A DNA stretch of 64,000 nt from Auanema rhodensis (lineage: Eukaryota > Animalia > Nematoda), in the NCBI GenBank assembly GCA_964057225.1, contig OZ059895.1, positions 16,616,001 through 16,680,000 on the forward strand, given 5' to 3'. The translations under genes were made by a program, and so were the position numbers. The notes below the pieces were generated by a model that was not told the origin of the DNA, made no database searches, and saw only the letters and a list, made by a program, of their open reading frames with translations. This document shows, piece after piece, positions 36,755 to 51,602 of this stretch. Positions within the stretch are counted from its first letter, which is position 1. Every line of letters begins with the position of its first letter.

Positions 36755-37844
36755 TACTGCATGAGAAGAACTGAGCTCTCTCACTTATATACAGTTATCA
36801 ACATAAAAACATTTTTTATCTGTTTAGGCTATTTACAAACCTTACGAAGCATTTTCGACCATAAACAACATGTCATCTGTTTTGATTCAGAACAAGCAAG
36901 AACACAGCTCCGCAAAGTACGTAAAATAGCGAGATTTGGTTGTATTTAAATATTCAAATATTTGATGGTAATACAAAATTTTTAAGAAAGACAGTCAATA
37001 TTGTGATTTGACTGGAGAATAGTCCAGAAGATGTGTTGAAAACAATCCATCATATTATTATTATTATCTTTTTCTCTATTAAAAATTCTGTAATTAAAAA
37101 CTTAACTTAGTTTATGTGTATCTCTTTCTATATGACATGAATAATAGGATATCTTTCTCCTTTTTTTCATTCGTATTTTCAAAAAAATGGTATTATTACC
37201 ACTTCTTATCATTATCATATCAGAGCTTTCATCATAATGGTTTTTAAGAAAACAGTTCTTGTGATAATTTGAAAATGCTTGTTATGACTTTTTCAGGTTT
37301 GCTGCTTTAAGTGAGTTTTTTGCTGAAATTTTATGCTTTTTTATTTCAAATTACGACCTAATGATGCAATATTGAAGTTTAAGCAATCACCTGAAATCAT
37401 TATCTTTCAGTCAGAGCAACACAGAAAAAAACAGAAAGAAAACTATGCAGATTTGTGTTTGGATCGTTTCATGTATAAGTTACTCTTATATTAGCAGAAA
37501 AGCATACATTGATCTAATCTAATGATCTATCAGTCGTTACAATAAGAAATCTATAGAAAATACAGAATAAATATCCCGCATCACATGAGATATTCTCATG
37601 AAATTTATAACAAAATAAACGAAAAAATCACTCTATTTTCAACTTAATTTTCTGGAGAATTGGCACATTTTAGTAACTACTTTAAGAACTTGGTTATGTT
37701 TTTGAATCATTCAGCCATCTCAGTTTTGGATAGCTTGATTAACGGGAATTATCGTAAATTTCTAAATTGTTTTTCAATCTAGTCACACTGCTAGAGAGCT
37801 AATCATTCCTCACAATCTTCGTGTACTGGTTCTATCTGCATACT

Positions 37845-37851
37845 ATATAAG
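37845..37851 (+). promoter_or_regulatory. TATA box of the collagen gene
   Basis: TATAAGG about 120 bp upstream of the ATG, which itself directly follows an ATTCAG acceptor. Confidence 0.45.
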
Positions 37852-37964
37852 GGAATGTATAGGATTAGAACATTACAGAGCTAAACCAGCTTCTTCAAGG
37901 TTTGTTATTTCTCATTTCATTGCCCGCATTCAAAATCTGTTCATCTAACTATTATATTATTCAG

Positions 37965-39257
37965 ATGAAGAGCTGTTCTTATTATCTTTACACCAGTACT
38001 ATAACGGTGACAGCTTTGGTTGTCGCTTCGACGTTTGTCAGTGTTTTCTGGCTGTGTACCGATATACAACAGTTCGAAGCATCTATTCTACGTGATTTAA
38101 CTCAGTTCAAGGTTTTCAGTTTTTTTGGTGCTTACCTATTTCAATAAATATACTTTAAGAGTCAAGCTAATGATGCCTGGAACGGCATGATGAGCGCTAG
38201 AGCTGAAGCTGATCGCAAAGTTCTGTCTTCATTGTTTGGACGTGTTAAGAGAGGAGGATCTTATTCTGAAGGAGGAGCTGGTGGTGGAGGTGGTGAATGC
38301 AACTGCCAAGCATTGTCTTCAGGATGTCCAGCTGGACCTCCAGGTCCACCAGGAGAGGCTGGAGAAGATGGTGAGCCAGGATCACCAGGAGAGCCAGGAG
38401 CTGACGGAGGAAGTGGAGACGCTAACCAATACGCTGGGGTTGGTGGAGATTGCATTAAATGCCCTGCTGGACCACCAGGACCAGCAGGACCTGACGGACC
38501 ACCAGGACCACCTGGAAATGATGGACCAGCCGGAACCGCAGGAGCAGCCGGAGGATATCCTTCACCAGGACCACCAGGACCTCCAGGACCACCAGGACCA
38601 GATGGACAGCCTGGAGCTCCAGGAACCGATGGACCACCAGGCTCTGACGGGCAGAAATCTACTAACATGCCCGGACCACCAGGACCCCCCGGACCACCCG
38701 GACCTGATGGAGCCCCTGGAGACGATGCTGGATACGTTGAACCCGGAGCTCCAGGTCCCGCTGGACCACCAGGACCACCAGGAAACTCAGGAGGACCAGG
38801 AAGTGACGGTCAACCAGGAGGCCCAGGAACTCCAGGAAGCCCAGGACCTGACGCCGCCTATTGCCCATGTCCACCACGTACTTCACAACTCGAGGGAGGA
38901 GGAGCCCAATATGCTCAAGGTGACGCTGCTCCACCACCAGCCCCAGCTGGAGGATACAACGCTGGAGGAGCTGCCGCAGCTCCTCCACCAGCACCCGCAG
39001 GTGGATACAACGCTGGAGGAGGAGCCGCTGCTCCACCACCAGCCCCAGCTGGAGGATACAACGCCGGAGGAGGAGCCGCTGCTCCACCACCAGCACCCGC
39101 TGGTGGATACAATGCTGGAGGAGGAGCCGCTGCTCCACCACCAGCTCCAGCTGGAGGATACAACGCCGGAGGAGCTGCTGCTCCCCCAGATGCACCAGCC
39201 GGAGGAAGCTACAAGCGCCGTCATCGCAAGCATCGTAGAAGACACTTCCAACACTAA
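37965..39257 (+). CDS. Cuticle collagen with extended C-terminal repeat tail (intron 38112-38159)
   Basis: N-terminal TM and cuticle-collagen N domain, RVKR furin site, CNC..CP, Gly-X-Y blocks, CIKCP and YCPCPPR, then about 5 x [14 protein letters not shown](G)AA and [14 protein letters not shown]. Confidence 0.96.
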
Positions 39258-39709
39258 ACGGATTGTGATCGTACGCCAATCAATGAATAAAAATTTTTTT
39301 AGACATTGTATTTTATTAAAAAACATATGTATTATTGATAAAAGCAAAACTTTATAAAGAGGGAGCAAGATGGAAACAAATAAAAAACTGCTTGGCCTTT
39401 CAAACATGATAGGGATGATGCAATGTTATCAGAGAAATGAGACATATGATTGTATATCACATATTATAGTGGTGAAACAATCAAAGTACGGCAAGATAGT
39501 AGGATGGTCATGGATAAAATGAACGTTGCATTAGAAATTGATTGAACATTGAGCTTATTACAAACTAAATTATTCGCTAATTATGCAATTTTATATTCAA
39601 TTTAGCTAATTATATACTTTATTTTATGTTAACTATATGTAGATGTTCTCTAATTATTCAATAATAGAGCATATGCTCATTCTTATTTGCTAGAAAAAGT
39701 ATTTCAATT

Positions 39710-41731
39710 TCAAATGTGAACAAGAAGTAGTTTTGAGGCCAATTATAGTTTTGCGGTCAGCTTTGGAATACGTTTTATCTTACCAGCAGATGTATAAACA
39801 CGATCAATAGCTTCATTCACAGAGATGGTCTTCATTATATCCTTTGTTAAAATTGGAGTTAAATCGTAATCAGGATATTGCTGAGCTAAACCCATAGCCA
39901 CTATAATGCACATCAATGCAGTTATTCCATATGTAACAGCTTCGTCAAACTTGAAAAAAAAAACAAATTATTCAGGCAAAATACGAGAGCAAATGAAAAT
40001 AATTCTGAATTGAAAGGGAGAAGCAAAACTATGCTTTCTCAGTTAACTCACATAGAATGTATGAATTGTATATTGGCTATCGAGAACAAGTGCTTCATGT
40101 TGTTCATGATCTAGAAATGCATCTAGCGGCTTCCAAAAGCACATAGATACTTCATCAGCATTCAGACGTAACACTGGAGGCTGTCTACAATTATGTCATA
40201 AATGATAAGAGAATATTTACTTGAAGAAAAAGCTCATAAATACTCACCTTAATAATGCTACAGATGGATGAATGTCTACACCAAATCGTGAACGAAACGA
40301 TGGCAGGCTTCCTAGTAGCTCATAGTCATCTTGTAATATTCCAACTTCCTATAATAATTTCTATTAACTATATTCATACATATGACACATATTATATAGC
40401 TTTTCTTATCTTGTCGTCAAGCTTCAAATTTACTTGTCAACTCCCTAATTCATTTCTCAAATATTTCTTTCTATATTATTATTGACAATTAAATGAAATC
40501 GGAGGTTTAATTACTTGAATACAATGATCATAAGCCTGTTTAAGCATAAACATCAAATTCACTGAATGATACGCATAGAAAAGCATCCAATTTAAACATT
40601 TTTGAAATTTTTCAAAATACCTTTTCCATTTCTTTGCCAACAATACTATGTTTATCTAAAAACTTAAGTGTTTACCTTAAAAGATAATAAGAAATATAAT
40701 ATCGATACAAACATTTGAATCATTACGTAATTTAATTGCTTTTACCGATATAACAAATATTTAATTTCTTGCTCTTTCACGTTTTTATTTCTTAATTTTT
40801 TAAATATTTTAAATTCTTTTATTTTAATATGTTTATATTGTTTTCTTATATTTTCTCTTTTTATTTGATTTATGCTAATCAGTCACGTAGACTGGCACGC
40901 ATATAACGCCAAACGTTTGAATAACAATTATACGTGAAAAGTTCACGTTCAATACATGTGTATTGTTTTTGAAAAGTTTTACACAATAGTTATACACAAT
41001 ATTCAAAATTATTAACACAACTTTTCATCCTATGTACTTCTTATTTTTCTCATTTTTTATCGATTACACCTTCTTCAAAATTTTAATTAAACATGAAGAA
41101 CAGTAAATTGAAGATAAAGAATATCAATAACATACCTCTTCTGTTTCACGAATAGCCGTATGATATAGATTCTGATCGTCATCATCTCTCATTCCACCGG
41201 GAAAACACACTTCACCCGGATGTCGTCTCAACTGTTCTGATCGAATACAAAGAAAAACTTTATATCCACCATGTTTTATATCACGATTTAAAAGAATCAG
41301 AACACCAGCATCCTAAAAATATTCTTTTATTGATTAGATAATATCTATATTTTATATTTATTTATCATTATTTTGTAACAAAACCTCCTAAAGCACTTGA
41401 GAAAGGATTCATAAATAAGTTTGAAATGTCATCCAAGGTGTCAACTATCATGACAACTTGAAGATTGATACCTTCTTGTTTAAAATCAATAAATCAGAAA
41501 TATATTTTAGATATGCATACCAAAAGATATATACACATCTCTAAAATTCACATAAATTACCATGCTATAGACTAGAGTATATTAAATAGTTAACGACTTA
41601 AATACAGTTCAAAAATTTTTCTTAAAGCATGCGAATACCTTTTTTCCGTTCTTTTTTGAAAATTCTGCTGGCTCATCAGATAGTCTTAGCTGTTTCTTTA
41701 TAAATTCGCATTCGTCATTAAATGACCTCAT
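39710..41731 (-). CDS. ndx-8: Peroxisomal CoA diphosphatase (NUDT7-like Nudix hydrolase), 5 exons
   Basis: AGVLILL, IRSEQLRRHPGEVCFPGG (CoA motif), Nudix box GG..D......TAIRETEE|EVGI, LNADEV, YGITA and a C-terminal PTS1-like SHL. Confidence 0.88.
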
Positions 41732-44700
41732 TGTTGTTGATGATAATGCTGTAATGAATGAGAGAAATATTGTAGTTTTCTTTAATAATCATATTATTGT
41801 AGTTCGATCAATCAAAAACATACATAGTATATAAAGAAAATGAGGAAAATCGAATGAAAACAAATGCTTTTTTTCCGAGTTCAATGTATATGACGATGTT
41901 ATGTATGGTGACAATCCTTCACATCTTTATTATATTATTATATCGGAAAATTATTTATAATTTAATTTATATACATATATATATTTAAAGTAAAATGTGC
42001 TTTTTCCTCTTTACCTCTCTCACCACTTATCTCCCTTGTCGTCATCTCTCTTCATTCATCCAATCTTCAGCTACAGATGTCTGTTATTTTTAGTTCTCAT
42101 GCATTAACTAGTCTTGTCAGTCTATATCATATAGCCAGAAGCACATAAATTGCTCTCATATCCATTGTATTCATATATTATATTCATCTTTTCATCTTTT
42201 CATATGCGATATTTTCATTGAAGATATACAAAAAAAATTGTAAAGTTTCTTTTGTTAAAAATAGTTTTGAAACGAAAGAACCTCGTCGATACTCTCACAC
42301 ATGGCTTCGAATAGTATCATGGCAGATGGTCTATTGAAATTTCGTGCTAGTCAGTAGTTAATAATCATTTTCTTTTTCTCTTTTTTCTCCATCTCTCTAT
42401 ATCCATCTCTCTTTTTCTCTCTGTGTATATGCAAATACTCTTTTATATTCTTTTTTAATTTCTGTGTTCATCTAATTACCGTAAAATGGAATGAAAATCT
42501 GCTTGATGCTGACGTTCAGCAGATGTTTGTCATTCATCTTTCGTTTGTCTTTTCAGATGTAACTCGTGAACTGATCATGATGAGCATCATCATGTTGTTA
42601 ACGTCGTAGCTTTGCTATCTGAAATCTAGGGATTCTCTAACCTCGTCTCTCTTTCATTCTCCATCTCCTCGTGGATTCTCCCGTCTTCGGAAAAAATTTG
42701 CCGAGCTGTTCTTGAAAAATCATATTTCATTCCCCAATCCCTTTCTAAACCTTGCTGTCTGTTGAAGATTTATTTTGTCGTTTTCTTTTGCCATTCAGTA
42801 CGACGAGTAATGATTGTTTTCAAACGTATGATGTCAAATATTATATGAAGCAGTATCTCTTTGCCTTCTCTTGATTCTCGTAATTGACTCTATCTCGATA
42901 CATCAATGATCTATCTTTTACTACCATTTCACCTCCCTCCCACCTCCTCTCTTTATTTTTCTCTCTCTATAGATATATCTCCACGTATGTATGGCAATCA
43001 GATTTAACAATGGATAGATTGAGGAGGGCCTTTATCCAGGTGATGATGTCGTCTGCATTGTTACAGACAAACGACCACGATCACGACGATGAAGAAGAAA
43101 CCATCTAATTCATCTGCCAGATAGCATCTGGTCATCTGATTGTACAAACCGATAGAGAAACGAAACAGGATCGAATCGATAGTTATGTTTGTGCATTTAC
43201 CGAAGTTGAAACTCTTTTCATTTATGATGCTATGTAAACCAGTATTCTTAAAAACTGAATTACTGGATATTTTCTTGTCGTTTCTTGAATCTATGAATAA
43301 GCCACAAATGCTGCCAAAGACGAAAAGATCTCAAGTTAATCTAACTGTTCTCACATATTCATGAATAGTCAAGCTTAACATGATAATGTAAGCTCATTTG
43401 ATGTCAATTAGCCGCATAACATGCTATATGCTGCTGATGCCCACTTTACGTATGGCTCATTCATTTAACAACATATTTTGACCACGGTGAACACGTCACA
43501 CCTCATTCTCTTACATCTCTGATGAGCCAAGCACGGCGATACTACTAACGAGCGAGCGAGCGACCGGATGAATTCATACATACCGGGCGTTCGCACCTCG
43601 TCGTCATATTCATTGTCGTGGGACATGGGGAGTCTAGCGGCATCATGAAGAAGGTTTAGCACCTGCTGCTACTGCTGTTGAGACGCAAGAGAAGGAGGAG
43701 ACGACAATCAAAACTTTTTCTTTTACTGCATCAGCTTTTTTTCTTTCACTTATTAATGTTTATAGGTCTTTTGAACTATCCCTCTCTTTCCATATCTCGC
43801 CTCTTCCCTCTCCCCTCTCTCTCTCTTTATGTGATATTCTTTCTAGTACTTTTCTCTTTTTCTTTACTTCCTACACCTTGTAACCTTTCTCTCTCTCTTT
43901 ATATGTCTGTCTGTCTCTCTTTAATCCTCTCTATCTCTAACAATATTTCTCTTTCTGTTCACGGCTGACATGACCATCATCAAGGTCATGCCTGCTGAGA
44001 AGACGACACAACGATATGAGGCAAGTCAGTGTATTCATAGATCTGTAAAGACTCACAACCGTGAGGATCACAATTATTTGGGTAGAGATTAATCTCTAAA
44101 GCACGTCTTGATATGCCATTTATAGTATTTCCACTTATTGTCTTTGATTTTTCTATTTTTAAGTTTCTCTCTGTCTCTCTCTCTCTCTGTTTCTACTTGG
44201 CTCTACTCCCTGTTTAATCGTCCTCACATCTTGATATTCCTTTTAACCTCCTATCAAGCTACCTCATGACATTCATTCCATAATCTTTCTCTCATCCCCT
44301 CTCCTTTCTCATCAAAGTTTTCTTTCTCTTTAATCTTAATTCCAGCAATTTGCTCTAATATAGATTGCTTTTTATATGTTAAATTGCTGTTTTTTTGCCC
44401 CATTTTCACAATTTTTTCAACAAACATAATCTGAAATAGACATCCGTCTTCTCATCATCAGAGTCAAATGTCTGGTGTTCGTCTCTGTCTTCTGATGAAC
44501 ATCATACAATGCATGACAGACGATCATTTACAGAAGTCAAATAAGGCGGAGACAAGTTGTTCATGTAGTGCATGATGCATCATCACTGTTTCATCACATC
44601 ACCACACATCTGCATTAGCTTGACAGCCATCCGATGAGATGTTGCTATTCTCTTCCTCTTCTGTAGTCAGATCAGCAAAAACTTGAAGTTTTTTCTGAAC

Positions 44701-46079
44701 GAGTATAAGCACCTTCACTACTTCATCGTTCTTTAGCTGAAAGCTACAGCTTCATATCAAATCAGCTTGGCAGCCAAGCGCGTGTTGAAGCTGTTGAGCA
44801 AGCTCGTGCACCAGAATGAAAATTTTCCAGAAGTCGCCTTATAATTTGATTAGATTTAAATTATTTTTTATAAACTTTTTTGATTTTTTCTTCCCTTTTT
44901 TGATTTAATTTTCATTGCATTTCAGTCATTTTGATTCTTCTCTCATCTAAAATAATACTTGTTCTTTGTTCAATGTTTCATCTATTTATAACATACATTT
45001 CGCGCATTTCTTATGTCATTTCCACAACGTTCATGACTGATTTCGCATTTTTCCTGTCACTTTTCCCAAATCAGAATTTGATGAAAATCGTTGATGATGT
45101 ATATAGAACATCATGTTCATACAAACTTGTAGAAAGCATTTAGTAGTAAAATCTATCTTGCTCAAGTTCATCATTTGCTCATAATTCCTCATATTTTCCT
45201 TCTATTTCATGATCTGCTGGGCTCTCACTCTCTCTTTCTGTATCTCTCTTTTCCAGCTAAATTTCATTTTTCTCTATTATTTTTCATGAAATAAAGGTTG
45301 ATTGAAGTTCTCAGTTTCAACACCATCAAAACAACCGTCTTTTCTCATCGTTACATTACTATTTTCAGCTCCTTTTTCAGCCGAATGGCTAAATGTATTT
45401 GAGATTAGGTTGTAATGGAGTCCTCCATTTCATTTCATCTAAATTCTTACCAGTTTTTATCTCTCTTTCTGTCTCTCTTTCTCCTTTCCTCATTGCCTTC
45501 CATGCCTCACATGCCTCCCATGCTTCCCATCTTGTCATCCTCACCACCAGCATTTCCAAACATCCTGTTGACCTTATTTGGATGGCTAGCTACGTTCAAT
45601 GGCAATTGCTGAAATCATCAGCTCTACATGGCTAGTGAATCAGCCGAATAAATAGATGAAAGAGCTCACGTTAGCGTTGAATGGATAAACGAATTGGCAT
45701 CGGATTTCCACTAACTAAATGCTGACCACCATTCGTTGTCTCATATCTGCATTTCCTTAGCTCCATTCCTATCTCTCCCTCACTCTCTCTCCCTCTCTCT
45801 CTCTCTACCTCTACCTCCCTCTCTCTATTTCTTTTTCATTTTTCTCTTTTGTTTATTTCGGGTTTTTCTCATTCTTCACCATTTTCTACTCATGGATTCA
45901 CTATATGTCCCTAGTTCTGACAAATTATGGCCTTTACGTGCCAGAAAGAAAGGAAGAGAAAGGCCACATTGGCTATTCGGGGTTCTGTGCTCGACGATTC
46001 CATCTCTTCTTTTCGGTCGTCATCGACCCAAAAATCAAACTATCTATCACCTCATATTCTCAATTTTATTAGGAGGTCT

Positions 46080-46083
<4 letters not shown>

Positions 46084-46118
<35 letters not shown>
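46084..46118. repeat. (CT)n microsatellite
   Basis: Direct reading; one of many CT/GA tracts between 42 and 55.7 kb. Confidence 0.9.
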
Positions 46119-46121
<3 letters not shown>

Positions 46122-47798
46122 TTTCGAACCATCATCACATGCCTTGTGTGGAATATGTTTCAAACACAGTCATGGTCAAAGTGTCTGTCAGAAGCACCAA
46201 TGAGTAACCACAAATGAATTGAAGTTAATGTGTATGTATATATGCATATTGATGATCTTATAAGGTTTTGACATGCTGTCTCTTCCATCTCTCTCTCTCT
46301 TTCTCTTACTCTCTGTTGTCTTTTCACTTCTCCTTATTGGCTCATTTTCTCTTACTATCTCTCATCTTACTCAATTCAATCTTTCAATATTCCTCACTTT
46401 CTCTTCGCATTCCTATTTCCCTCCCTCTCCATCCTCCCCCATATCTCTCTGTCCTGTACACACCCATCACTATGTGTTTGACCGATCACAACTGAGTTGG
46501 CTGTTGCTTCTGCTTAAACCAATAAATGGTAATGTTCATCATCGTTTATTTAGTTCTAACGGTAAGCTGATGAGCTTCGTTCAGTTACTAATGCTTCTTC
46601 CTCTTCCCATTTTAATTCTCTGAGCTGTCTCGTTTTTATTATTTCATTCTGTCTGTCTTCTTCCTCCCTCGATAGATAGATGATATTCATCCTCTTCTAT
46701 CGGGGTGGTTTTCAGCTCACTCGCATTCACTCACTCAGTTCGCTCACTAGCCATTCAGCCACGTTTTCCCGCTCTCATTTTCAAATTTTTTTTTGCACAA
46801 AAAAAAAAGTTTGTTTTGGTCTTACTAGCATGTTATCTCCAAATAAGTTAGAGAAAGTAATCAACGCAGCATGACGGGATCTCTGATCGACAGCTTGCTT
46901 CTTCCTCTTGTGCCTCTTCCCCTTCTCCCTAGGTTTACTTTTTCTCTCATCTATTTTGCAGGACATCAGAATCTTGCGGTCAAGAGCTTGACTCTTGAAA
47001 ATGTTGTTTCAAACTCTTTGCTATTTCCATTATGTCGTTCTTTGCTTTTTTTCCTTCTTTGCCTTTGAACATTTCATGTTACGCAATCGACATCTGTCAG
47101 ACTTTGTGCCTGATAGACATAACGAAGGAGAAGCTCAACTGGCTAGCAGTAGAAAGTCATAAGGGGCTTCCCTTCCTCTCATTTCATGAATTTCAGTCTA
47201 TATATGGCATAGATGAGAGTAAGACAGAATATGATAGAGAGAGAGAGAGAGAGGGGAGGGAGAGAACAGAGGACATATATCATGTCACTTCTTCCTTCTT
47301 GTTGTCCAATTCATAGATGGAAACAAGCAGATAAGGTTGTAGATCAATTTAGCTTCCTTCCGGATCATCAATCCATTTCTTTTGCAATGTAAAAGATATA
47401 CATATTCCTTCAAAGCTTGTAAAATAGTTGATTACTTCAGTCAAGCTAAGACCAAGTTGTTGGTTTTGGCAGTCCATGAGGCTAGTAATTGGTCATTCAA
47501 ACTTTTGAACACTTTTTCACAACTGGCCAGCTACGAAAGCTTTACTTGCATTATACAATTGCTGTTGTGAGATCTGCGAAATGACGTTTTGAACAGCGAA
47601 AATAGCGCCAAAACTAATGTTGAACAAAAGAAATATAAAATGAATAGCAGAGAGAAAGCACAACGAAACAGACCGTTCCTCATGTCAGCTTTGAGTAAAA
47701 TAATGCTGACAGCTCACGTGAAATCCACGTGGGAATTCAAATTTATCTCCGAAATTGAATAAAAGGTTGTGAGAAACTTATAAAATAGAAAAAAAGAT

Positions 47799-47802
<4 letters not shown>

Positions 47803-47857
<55 letters not shown>
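47803..47857. repeat. (GA)n microsatellite
   Basis: Direct reading of the sequence. Confidence 0.9.
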
Positions 47858-47860
<3 letters not shown>

Positions 47861-49542
47861 ACGGGATATTTGAAATCGAAAGAGTTAGCGTTAAGATTCA
47901 TGTGGTGGTGTTCTTGGAGATGAGATGAACATGTGAGATCTGATTCTCACAGCTGGTTCTGACCTCTTACTAACACAAGTTCTACAATCTGTGTGACATA
48001 AATGTAGGAAAATTTGTATTTGAGGGTTCACTATCTCTTCACTTTCTCTCGCAGACGTACTCTCTTTACCTTATGTGCTTTACTCGTCTCTCTCTTTCTC
48101 ACCCTCTTTCTGTCACCCTCTCTCTCGTTTATCTGTCTTTCTCTCTTTATCTATCTACTTCATTTTGCTGTTCACGTTCAAATTATTACAACTTGAATTG
48201 TATAAAGCCGTTGACCTAAATGCATTTACATCTGATGTTTCACGCAGGCCATTAGCAATAGTATCTTCTGATCATCCGACAACTACTGGTTTTCAGATAC
48301 ACATTTTGAGTTATAAGGCTTTAATATCAGGGAAACTACAGCATAAATGGGCTAAGCCCTGAGGGTTGCTAAGAAGCTGAAAGCAAACAGTCCATAATAG
48401 CTTAGTCTTGTTCAAAATGGATGTTTTCCTCTTTCTCAATCTCAAATCGCCTCCCATCTTGTCCGATTTTGACTTTCGTGTAGTTCCAGCGTCCTCAGCC
48501 TCAACAGATTGTACTGAAACTGCCATACGATGGTTGTATAGTGACGGTTGACAAGATGTAAACGGATGTCAATGACAAACTGGCTACCTACATTCAGCAG
48601 CTTGTTTATGACCTCAACTCTCGATATGTTCTCTCGAGCTGGCATCCGTTCAGAAACGGTTGTTGCACTCACGACAAGCAACGCAACATCGCAGTCAAGC
48701 GAAGCAGTCAGTCAATCTCCAGCTTTGTCTGCCGCCAATCTCTGTTGCGGTCACTGCTGAGACAGAACCAGCTGTTCTCATCTTGTAATGTTGATGGTGA
48801 GTTAGTGGACAGCCGGATCGTCAGAACCAGGTGGTCAGATGTTTTTTCGTTTTTTTTGAGTTTCCAAGTAGATGTATTCGATTGAAATCTTAAAATTTGG
48901 TTCATTCAAGATGTCATCAAGAATCATGCTGTTAGTCAATTTGCAACCACGAAATCGCCGTCTTTGGCTGATCTTCTGACTCACTTATCCTACCTTATCA
49001 CCATATTCCGCAGATTCCTACTGCTTCACGTCACTGACTCTCATGCCTTTTGTTTCAAAATTTTCATTTTTGATCCAAAAAAGTAGGTTAATCACGATAA
49101 TGAATGAATAAAAACTAATTGAAAAATAGTAGTTTGGAACTATTTTTGTCATAAATTTGTTACAAGAGACGGTCATTCCCTTGTTTCAGAACCTCCTCTT
49201 CAACCCCCTCCCCACCCCACCTCTCTCTCTTTCTTTTTGATTTTTCCTTCCTCCCTTCATACTTGACTCTCCTAATTCATATTCAAGAAATCGGATTGCA
49301 ATAGTAGCTGATAATCTTATTTACATCAGCTGAACAGTAATCTGAGACTCAAAAATCTAATTAATATACAAAGACCATGCCAGATGACAGTTTGTCTATT
49401 CATATACTAACCATCCTTCTCACCCATTTTACCATTTTCTCTATGTCTCTCTTTCTCTTTTACAAACATATTTCAGTTGATCGGCTCGTCATCGATTATA
49501 CTTCTTAATGTTCTTTTTACTTCTCCCTCCTTCCTTCCTCTT

Positions 49543-49546
<4 letters not shown>

Positions 49547-49602
<56 letters not shown>

Positions 49603-49606
49603 TCTC
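49547..49606. repeat. (CT)n microsatellite
   Basis: Direct reading of the sequence. Confidence 0.9.
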
Positions 49607-51557
49607 TTTCTTCTAATTCTTCACTCCTAACCATTCTATGCTCCAATTGTTCGTTGATTTTCGAATAAAATTTTTTTTCCTACTCTTCGGCCCATGATGT
49701 TTCTGTTTCCAAGTCGCCAGACAATACAATAGAAAAACTGCCTCAGGCGATCATCTTCTCCTATTACTTAACTGCAACATTCTTGAAAGAATATACCTAA
49801 CAAAGCATATTCGAGCTTTAACGCTTTAATAAAATAGCAAATGACCAAACTATGCTGGTAATGATTGCTACAACAGAATGATTGCTGTCTCCGCCGCCGC
49901 CGTCAACCTTTTCCGTCGTCCGCAGAGAGGAAAGCGGAGTACATCATCAATCATAACCTGATGCTCAGTTTTCTAGTCGACATCAAATATTACAATTCTC
50001 CTTGTTGATGTTCAAAACAACTTCGATTTTTTGTCTTTAAAGCCATCCTCCCTCTCTTCTCCATCCTCCCTCTCTTTCATTCTCTTTCCTTATCTCATTC
50101 GTTAACTTCCAAAAAAAGTTTTTTGTTTTCATTTTGCTTCACACTATATCATCGAAACTCTGCTGTTTTCCAAGACTTTTATTATGAATTTCTTTTATTT
50201 TCTTCGCTCTGATGTAATGCTATCGCTATTTCTCTCATAAACTTCTCAAAATTCTGATATCTTCGGCACAAAAGAGAAAAAAAGAATATTTTTGATGAAA
50301 ATTAGCTTTATGATAAGAGAAGGCGTCGAGAGAATGGGAGGGGACTGATGAGAGATCACAACATTTGCGACAAATTTCCGTTTTTATGTCATTTTCTTCA
50401 CTTTTCTTGTCTATTTTATGATGATCATCTTCACTGATTTTATTGTTTTGTCGTTATTTCTCTACAGCATCGTTACGAGCATCTAAAGCTTATCCGACGG
50501 TTTTTTGATTCGTTTTTAGCACAATGCTTGTTGCTCAACGAGCTTCTCAGCTGAATTTTGAAAAAAAAACTTGAAAAAGCGGCTTCTTCTTCTTCTTTCG
50601 TTTTCACTGTTTTCTTATTCTCAAAACAATATTTTCTTTATAGCATGAAAGAGGTCGTATCTAGTTGAAGTAGCTTACTTGTTTTACTTAGTTAGGTCAT
50701 GCATTTCAAATGCTCTACGTATTCTCTTAGATCCTAAAACGAAGTTGAATGCCAAGTTTTCATGGTGCCGCATGCTAGCATACCAACTTTAGTTTTTGTT
50801 GTTGTTTCTTGCCTTCATAACTAGTTAGGCCTATGTAATTAGCGTGAGACTTAGATGACATTGACATGATGAGGTCAGTATAATATCTGAGATTGTCGTT
50901 TGTACGTTCAGCAAAGATACAACTTGCCAACAGCACGCAGACATCATCCGCATCATCATCAACAGCCGGAGCAGTAGTCGCACTGTGAACCTGATCCGTA
51001 TGATGTGTAAGGACAGGCTTATGACGTGCATTAAACCTTTATGTGTCAGTCAGTGATCTGGTCACCAGAATCACTTGAACAGCTTGAGAAAAGCGAGCAA
51101 TACAGCATCTTTTAGCATTAAGAACCGTCAAGTGTGCCAGATGGAAACCATATTTGGCAGCCCATCCGTTCCTCTTTCAACCCCTGTCATTATCTTTCGT
51201 CTCTCATTCTCTCAACCTCTCTTCTATTCTCTTTCTCTCTCTCTCTTTATGTATTTCTTTTTCTTTTCTACCCTTCTTCAGTTGTTCTTACTTCTGTTTC
51301 CGATCATTTCATGAGATCACGACCCGCATAAGCTCGTACTGCGGGCTAGTACTCACTGTTCATTCATACTATATATCATTTGAAAACTAATAATTCTAAA
51401 ATGACAAGCTATGCTTTTCAAGACAAAACCAACCGGAAACTGAAGAACAGATGATTCGGCTTCAGCTTTTTGATTTTGTATTTTCATCTCAATGATGTCG
51501 CCCTCTCTAGTTTCTTCCGACATCAATTCCTTTCTCCCTCTCTCCTTATATGCCCCC

Positions 51558-51561
<4 letters not shown>

Positions 51562-51599
<38 letters not shown>
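51562..51599. repeat. (CT)n microsatellite
   Basis: Direct reading of the sequence. Confidence 0.9.

Positions 51600-51602
<3 letters not shown>

Noticed and set aside
38236-39407. Long overlapping ORFs on both strands of the collagen
   Set aside because: Expected by-products of GGA/CCA-rich Gly-X-Y codon usage.
41385-41475. Extra exon inside the first intron of the Nudix gene
   Set aside because: Its open frame ends in phase 1, whereas the flanking exons join cleanly in phase 0.
51310-51360. bantam/miR-58-like seed TGAGATCA beside a small CCCGCA/TGCGGG hairpin
   Set aside because: Pairing is too short and the seed is on the wrong arm for a bantam-family precursor.
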